Shown in pieces: positions 59,897-64,000 of a DNA stretch of 64,000 bases. This DNA is from Sphingobacterium thalpophilum. Its GTDB lineage: Bacteria > Bacteroidota > Bacteroidia > Chitinophagales > Chitinophagaceae. The stretch is from positions 7,202 through 71,201 of the forward strand of contig CAMBYC010000001.1 of the NCBI GenBank assembly GCA_945871875.1, read 5' to 3'. The position numbers were made by a program, and so were the translations under genes. Positions within the stretch are counted from its first letter, which is position 1, and every line of letters begins with the position of its first letter. The notes beneath the pieces were generated by a model. That model had not been told where the DNA came from. It did not search any database and saw only the letters and a list, made by a program, of their open reading frames with translations.

Positions 59897-59922
59897 ATAA
59901 TTTATAATTCATAATTCATAAC
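59897..59922. repeat. inverted partner heptads (ATAATTT ATAATTC ATAATTC ATAAC)
   Basis: Reverse complement of GAATTAT. It overlaps and encodes the last codons (MNYEL*) of the minus-strand oxidoreductase. Confidence 0.85.
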
Positions 59923-60891
59923 AAACCCTTCCATAATTTGTAAACTTTTATAAGCTTCTTCGAGTGAGCAGGGATTTAGAGCATTACCCAAGAAATAATC
60001 AACCACTTTTTCAATCATTGGTTGTTGAATATGGGCAGGATGGTTGAATTCAAAAGTTTTTGATTCTGATTTCATATTTAAAATAAATTTATTGCTATAA
60101 AAGGAGAATTCAATATTTCCATTTTCTCCTGTTATTTTACAAACATCTGATTGAGCCATTGCTGGCATAGTAAAACACCAATTCCCACTAAAAACAGCAT
60201 CGTTTTGAAAGTGAATAATCCCCGAAACGGTATCTTCTACTAAATAGAGTTTTGAATGGTTTAATGCTTTCCCAAAAAAGCTTTTGCTTTCTCCAAACAA
60301 AAACAAAAGCATGTCAATTTGATGGGGGGCTATATCATAAAATAGTCCTGCACCAGCAATATTGGCATCAATACGCCAATTGGTTTCTGAATTTGCAATT
60401 AAAGATGATTGATCTGGTTGGTAAAATTGAATATTTACTGCTCTAATTTTACCTATAAATCCCAAATCTAAAATCTTTTTAATTTCCTCAAACAATGGCA
60501 AAGCCCTTCTATAATGAGCTACAGCAATTTTTTGTCCAGTTTGTTTTTCAACTTCTAGCAATCTTTTACAAGCAAGTGTGTTTGTAGTAACCGGTTTTTC
60601 CAAGTAAACATTTTTACCTGCCAACATTGCTTGTGTTGCATATAATTCGTGTGATGAAGGTGGGGTGGCTACATAAACTGCATCAATTGAGTCGTCATTT
60701 ATCAAATCTTTTGCATTAGAATACCATTTTGGTACACCATGTCTTAATGCAAAGTCTTTAGCTTTTGCTTCATCTCTCCGCATAACTGCAACAAGTGATG
60801 AATTTTTTATTTTATTAAATGCAGGTCCAGATTTAACTTCTGTAACATCGCCGCAGCCAATAATTCCCCAGTTTATGGATTGTTTTAACAT
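59902..60891 (-). CDS. Gfo/Idh/MocA-family oxidoreductase, cytoplasmic
   Basis: N-terminal Rossmann motif WGIIGCGDV and the EKP motif (YLEKPV). Confidence 0.85.
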   Translation of the reverse strand: MLKQSINWGIIGCGDVTEVKSGPAFNKIKNSSLVAVMRRDEAKAKDFALRHGVPKWYSNAKDLINDDSIDAVYVATPPSSHELYATQAMLAGKNVYLEKPVTTNTLACKRLLEVEKQTGQKIAVAHYRRALPLFEEIKKILDLGFIGKIRAVNIQFYQPDQSSLIANSETNWRIDANIAGAGLFYDIAPHQIDMLLFLFGESKSFFGKALNHSKLYLVEDTVSGIIHFQNDAVFSGNWCFTMPAMAQSDVCKITGENGNIEFSFYSNKFILNMKSESKTFEFNHPAHIQQPMIEKVVDYFLGNALNPCSLEEAYKSLQIMEGFVMNYEL

Positions 60892-61174
60892 TAGTAAAGT
60901 TTAAGAATTAAGAAATACAATTAGTTTCCTAGTCAATTTTATATAAAAATTTTATAATCACATTAATTAAATATATTAACGGTTGAGCTAAAAAAGAATA
61001 ATTTAAATGTTGTTTTTACAATTAATCTCTTAAATTAGTGTATCATATTTTATTTGAGTATAAATTTACCGAGTAAAATTTGAACGATTGTACTCAACGC
61101 CATCTTACCATGCATTAAATTGACACTATTTATTCCTGTAAGGGTGTTGATATTTTTAACCCTTTTTCTCGTTT

Positions 61175-62575
61175 ATGAAATTAAATCATTTTCTTTTACA
61201 TTCTTTTTTACTATTCTCTCTACACCATTCTATTGCTCAAGATAAATCTGAAAATTGGGAAAGTTTATTCAATGGTAAAGACTTATCCGGTTGGAAACAA
61301 TTGAATGGTAAAGCTAAATATTATGTTGAAAAAGGAGAAATTGTTGGCGTAACAGTTCCCAATTCTCCCAATAGTTTTTTGTCTACAGAAAAGATATATG
61401 GTGATTTTATATTAGAATTGGATTTAAAAGTTCATTCAGAGATGAATTCAGGAATTCAATTTAGGAGTGAAATCAAAGATGCGAACGATAAATGTGAGGT
61501 AAGTGATAAACGAACTCCAGAAAGGGTTCATGGTTATCAAATTGAAGTAGATCCATCAGACCGTGGTTGGAGTGGTGGTATTTATGATGAGGCTAGAAGA
61601 GGCTGGTTGTATCCATTAGAGTACAATCCTAATGCAAAAACTGCATTTAAAAATAACCAATGGAACCATTATAGAATTGAATGTATTGGCACCAGCATAC
61701 GAACTTTTGTAAATGGAATTCCTTGTGGTCATATTATTGATGACATGACTCCAAAAGGGTTTATTTCTCTACAAGTTCATGGAATTCCTGATCCGAAAGA
61801 TGCGGGCCATGAAATTCGCTGGAAAAATATTAAAATACAAACTAAAAACCTGAAATCATCCGCTCCATCAAACATTTTTGTTGTAAATCTGATTCCAAAT
61901 AACTTATCTGAAGAAGAGAAAAAGTTGGGGATAAAATTATTGTGGGACGGTAAAACTACAGCAGGTTGGAGAGGTGTAAATAAGAAAAATTTTCCTGATT
62001 CAAGTTGGTATATTAAAGATGGCACATTAAATGTGATTGGTAGAACAAATCCAAATTCAATTAGTGGTGGTGATATAGTTACCATCGATGAGTTTCATGC
62101 ATTTGATTTCCAGTTTGAATTTCAATTAACAGATACTGCTAATAGTGGAATAAAATATTTTGTTACCGAAAAAGAAACTACTGGATCTGCAGGAGTTGGT
62201 TTGGAATATCAAATTTTAGATGATGACAAACATCCTGATGCAAAACTTGGTTCAATAGATAACAGGATGCAAGCTTCTTTATATGATTTGATTCCAGCCA
62301 TAAAGATTGGAACCCAAAGACGGGAGAAAATTCCTATTGGTCAATGGAACCGTGGACGAATTGTGGCTTATGGAGATGGGAGGGTTGAACATTGGATAAA
62401 TGGATGGAAGGTTTTAGAATACCAAAGAGGCACACAATATTATTATGCATTGGTTGCTAAAAGTAAGTATGCAAAATGGCCAAAATTTGGGATGGCAGAA
62501 AAAGGACATTTATTATTGCAAGAGCATGATACTAAAGTAGCGTTTAGAAGTTTAAAAATTAAAGAGTTACAATAA
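61175..62575 (+). CDS. secreted protein with two tandem DUF1080 (3-keto-disaccharide hydrolase-like) domains
   Basis: Signal peptide. The block W..LFNGKDLSGW...GIQFR.....EYQILDD...H...W.N is present twice (res ~25-225 and ~250-466). Both halves end with ...F(R)(N/S)(I/L)KI. Confidence 0.83.
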   Translation: MKLNHFLLHSFLLFSLHHSIAQDKSENWESLFNGKDLSGWKQLNGKAKYYVEKGEIVGVTVPNSPNSFLSTEKIYGDFILELDLKVHSEMNSGIQFRSEIKDANDKCEVSDKRTPERVHGYQIEVDPSDRGWSGGIYDEARRGWLYPLEYNPNAKTAFKNNQWNHYRIECIGTSIRTFVNGIPCGHIIDDMTPKGFISLQVHGIPDPKDAGHEIRWKNIKIQTKNLKSSAPSNIFVVNLIPNNLSEEEKKLGIKLLWDGKTTAGWRGVNKKNFPDSSWYIKDGTLNVIGRTNPNSISGGDIVTIDEFHAFDFQFEFQLTDTANSGIKYFVTEKETTGSAGVGLEYQILDDDKHPDAKLGSIDNRMQASLYDLIPAIKIGTQRREKIPIGQWNRGRIVAYGDGRVEHWINGWKVLEYQRGTQYYYALVAKSKYAKWPKFGMAEKGHLLLQEHDTKVAFRSLKIKELQ

Positions 62576-62598
62576 AAATCGAATTAAATCAATTTAAG

Positions 62599-63957
62599 AT
62601 GGAAAATTCACGCAGAGATTTTATCAAACAAACTGCAAAAGCAGCAGCGGCTACTTATATAGGAGCTGTTGGATTCAGTGCAAAAAGTTATGGAAACATT
62701 ATTGGTGCAAATGATAGGGTTAGATTAGGTGTTGTAGGTTTTTCGGATAGATTTAAAAATTCACATCTTCCTTCATTTTTACACCATTACAAAGAACTAA
62801 ACTTTGATATCGTTGGAGTTTCAGATTTGTGGAAAGTTAGAAGAGAAGAAGGTGTTGATTACTTGAAAACAAAATTAGGACATGATGTTCAAGGATATCG
62901 CAATAACGATGAATTGCACTCTGCCAAGGATATAGATGGTGTTTTTATTAGTACTGCAGATTTTCAACATGCTTTGCATGCCATAGAAGCAGTAAAAGCT
63001 GGTAGAGATGTGTATTGTGAAAAACCATTTGCAGAAACAATGGAAGACAATAGGAATGCATTTAAAATTATTAAAGCTTCCGATAGAATTGTTCAAATAG
63101 GTTCACAGCGCAGAAGCGGATCAAATTATACAGCAGCGGCTGATTTTATCCAAAAAGGTAAATTCGGACCAATAACTATGGTTGAACTTACTTGGAATGT
63201 TAATCAACCAGGACGTTGGAGAAGACCGGCCTTAGTTGCTAAATGTAAAGAAGAAGATTTGGATTGGAAGCGCTTCTTGCTCAATCGCCCTTATGAAAAT
63301 TTTGATCCACGCAAATACTTAGAATATCGATTGTTTTGGCCGTATTCTTCTGGTTTACCAGGTCAATGGATGAGTCATCAAATCGATACGGTAAACTGGT
63401 TTAGCCAATTGCCTCACCCTCGCAGTGTTACAGCTAATGGTGGTGTATATGTATGGAAAGACGGACGTAGAAATTGGGACACCATTACTGCTGTATTGGA
63501 TTATGGACCAGCTAATGACCTAAGCACTGGATTTCAGGTAGTATTTATGTCTCGCATGCACAATGGCGACGATAAGCCTGGTGAAATTTATTACTCAAAT
63601 GGTGGAGAATTAAACCTTGTAACCAATAAAGTTTCCCCTTCAGGCGGCTTGAGAGAAAATTTTGCTGCTGCGATGGGTATGAAAGCCAATTTGTTGCCAG
63701 AACTTAACTTAAGCGACAACACTATTAAAGTAGAATCAGGAGCCAATACAGGTGCTGATCCATTAACTTCTATGCACGTAAGAAACTGGATGGAATGTAT
63801 TCGTTCAAGAAAACAACCCAATGCCCCAGTTGAAGCTGGTTACAATCACTCCATTGCAACTATCATGACCAATGCAGCTGCAAGAACAGGAGCAAAAGTG
63901 ACTTTTGATGATAAAACACAAGAAGTATTGGCAAATGGAAAAGTGTTTAAGTACTAA
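62599..63957 (+). CDS. Gfo/Idh/MocA-family oxidoreductase with TAT signal
   Basis: Twin-arginine motif NSRRDFIKQTAKAAAA, Rossmann motif LGVVGFSDR and EKP motif (YCEKPF). Confidence 0.87.
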   Translation: MENSRRDFIKQTAKAAAATYIGAVGFSAKSYGNIIGANDRVRLGVVGFSDRFKNSHLPSFLHHYKELNFDIVGVSDLWKVRREEGVDYLKTKLGHDVQGYRNNDELHSAKDIDGVFISTADFQHALHAIEAVKAGRDVYCEKPFAETMEDNRNAFKIIKASDRIVQIGSQRRSGSNYTAAADFIQKGKFGPITMVELTWNVNQPGRWRRPALVAKCKEEDLDWKRFLLNRPYENFDPRKYLEYRLFWPYSSGLPGQWMSHQIDTVNWFSQLPHPRSVTANGGVYVWKDGRRNWDTITAVLDYGPANDLSTGFQVVFMSRMHNGDDKPGEIYYSNGGELNLVTNKVSPSGGLRENFAAAMGMKANLLPELNLSDNTIKVESGANTGADPLTSMHVRNWMECIRSRKQPNAPVEAGYNHSIATIMTNAAARTGAKVTFDDKTQEVLANGKVFKY

Positions 63958-64000
63958 GTAAAAAAAGTTAGAAATAAGAAACGGCGATTTTCCAAATTCA

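Noticed and set aside
1-64000. Scan for tRNA, rRNA, tmRNA, RNase P RNA, riboswitch leaders, integrases, transposases, TA pairs and known defence genes.
   Set aside because: I recognised none by eye. Intergenic regions are short except those discussed. A covariance-model scan (tRNAscan-SE, Infernal/Rfam) is needed to be definitive.

Overview
This window is a visibly AT-rich chromosomal segment with typical Bacteroidota features: TAnnTTTG-type -7 boxes, no Shine-Dalgarno sequences, TonB/RND/TolC genes, TAT-signal Gfo/Idh/MocA proteins and DUF1080. It is densely packed with about 53 mostly housekeeping CDS: pnp (5'-truncated), prmA, plsY, dnaG, pullulanase, thiolase, pdhB, lepB, cdd, an RND efflux operon, topA, kdsC-like, UbiA-family, maf, lipA, capD-like, rpe, rlmH, accA, dapA, rnz, clpC, cmk, ispH and several glycan-catabolism genes. 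I recognised no rRNA, tRNA, CRISPR array, transposase, integrase, toxin-antitoxin pair or known defence system. I cannot support a claim of a novel multi-gene system. Four things are least explained by ordinary annotation. (1) A 950-bp ORF-free gap (46203-47151) holds a 10.5-copy, 26-28 bp tandem array bracketed by two near-identical bidirectional terminator hairpins. (2) A 286-bp-offset ancient tandem duplication covers a divergent promoter together with the first codons of both flanking genes (25905-26341). (3) An orphan lipoprotein plus putative outer-membrane protein pair is insulated by terminators (34000-36166). (4) Inverted heptad (GAATTAT)n arrays bracket a convergent intergenic gap (59779-59922). 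All functional interpretations of these are inference. Product calls rest on motifs I could read in the supplied translations, not on database searches.
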